From: Octopus vulgaris
Lineage: Eukaryota
DNA: 64,000 nucleotides
NCBI GenBank assembly: GCA_951406725.2
Contig: OX597823.1
Coordinates: forward strand, 67,332,001 to 67,396,000
Direction: 5' to 3'
Within the stretch, counting starts at the first letter, position 1. Each line of letters begins with the position of its first letter. This document shows, one piece after another, positions 62,174 through 64,000 of this stretch. A program made the translations under genes and the position numbers. The notes under the pieces are model-generated. The model was given only the letters and a program-made list of their open reading frames with translations. It was not told the origin of the DNA and searched no databases.

Positions 62174-64000
62174 GTGACTCGACTTCGGCAGATTCCGGAC
62201 TTCTCTGTCAGTGTGTATGTTTTTATCATAGAAATCTGTGAATGATTTAGCTACTCACCAATGTATATACAGAAAATTAATATAGACATCAGTTTGCAAT
62301 GTTTCATCACAAAGGAAAAGTATAATTGTCACTAAATGTGACTAGAGTGTTAGAAACGCCTACATTGCTAGAAATAAGAGCTAAAATGTTCTAATGCTGT
62401 AATCAAAGCACATAACTGAATACAGTCGTAAAATATAGATAGAATGAATATATATTTGTATGTATGTATGTATGCCTACATATACATATAGTATTTTGGG
62501 AAAAGGATAGATGGATAGATGGGAGAAGAAAAAAATGATATGCAACTCTGATCATAGACTAGAAATTCTGTGTTAAAAGAAAGCAAGTTATTTAACAAGA
62601 TGGAAATGGAAAAAAAAGCTTGAAAAACCAGATTTTATTATGCTTGTGTTTCCTCAATATATATTGATTGCTTTGTTGAAATGTTTTAAGTGGTACCAAT
62701 TGTGTATTGATTTCTCTTATACGAGTGCTAAAAACATCAGACTTTATTTGCGTTTAGTCATGAATGCATGGATAGATATATTTATAAAACTTGGGTGAAA
62801 CACAGAATAAGCTAACAACATAATATATATTTTCTACGATTATTTGACGCGACCTTTGGGCTGTTGTTTTTATTCATTTATTTCTTCATTTATTACCTTT
62901 GAATATCAGGTTTAACTAAGTCTCAACTCAGACAAATTATATGTCTGTGGCTCTAAATTTCGCAAATATATCTCTATATAGAAATGATGAAACTGTGAGT
63001 GTATAATTTTTTTTTTTTTAAATTTGCAGCTTCGAAGTTTCACGATTCTGTACTAAAGTTCAGCGTGTATCTATGCAGGTTGAATGATCACACAAAAAAG
63101 GTTATACTCAAATTACGACGACGGAATGAATCATCAGCTTTTCAGAATTAAATAAACTTTACTCCATTATTTGAGTAGTCTCGTTCGTATGCATTTCGGA
63201 ATTTATATCTCTGTGTGTTTGTGTATGTGTGTGTGTGTGCGTGTGTGTGTGTGTGTGTGCCGTCTTTAGAAGTTTGTTTCTAGTTACAGATCGTATTATA
63301 GTCATTTCCCATATGTGTACGAATCAGTGGTCTTTTTCTGTAAGTTGCATTGGGAGTTTTCTGAACTATGACGTTAATGTATGTCCTATGTAATCTAATA
63401 TCATCATACATAGAAAGAAATACTCCGAGGAAGAAACTACTAGAGGTTTGTTTGGAGATGGTGGAAGGGTTTTGATTAAAATGTAGCTTTCTCAACTTCC
63501 TCACCACTTAACATTTATTCCGCTGCTTGAATTTTCTATTATCATAAATTTTACTACTTTCATGATGGCAATTCAGATAAGATCGGGGACATACTTCAAG
63601 AATAGCTACATATAGCTAGACTGTTATTTTTTCTTATGTTTTGGTTCATACATAACTGCATAGATGCGTGTCTGGATAATACTTTTTAGTGTTTATGCAT
63701 GTACATATACATGTATGTGTATGCAAGTATACACACACACAAATATATATATATATGCGTACTAGTGTATGTATGTATGTACTTATGTATGTATATGGGG
63801 GCACATAAGTTCAGAATCTGCAGAAAACAATTCTCAAACAGCAAAGTTAGTATTAAACATTGCCTTTTATTGAAGTTGAATAAAACATTATGTGTGTGTG
63901 TGTCTGTATGTCTGCGTATGTGTTTTTTTTTTTTTTTTGTATCATTGCAATTCAGAAATCCTTTTAGCATTTGAATGATATATAAAACATATATTTTCAT

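Overview
AT-rich, microsatellite-saturated animal non-coding DNA; the SINE and repeat repertoire looks like an octopus (coleoid cephalopod) genome, which is an inference from recognising the repeats. No host protein-coding gene can be supported, and nearly all ORFs in the track are translated (TA)n/(CA)n/(TACA)n/(GATA)n noise. The real content is mobile DNA: a young CR1-group LINE with an uninterrupted APE+RT frame (42285-45243), two truncated copies of a second CR1-group LINE in the same ~8.6 kb (TA)n field, a decayed R4/Dong-type element with younger 3' fragments in (TAA)n, a decayed Penelope-like element, two Helitrons, four Tc1/mariner remnants and several tRNA-derived SINE families. The most striking unexplained signal is about nine hammerhead-ribozyme (HHR) motifs in small, mostly fold-back elements. 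They include C3-G8, U3-A8 and G3-C8 compensatory core variants, a tRNA-headed HHR element with a 12-bp TSD, and a rod-like retrozyme-type hairpin. One SINE family and two LINE families also share a covarying 3' stem-loop. All motifs were read by eye; no folding or database search was run.
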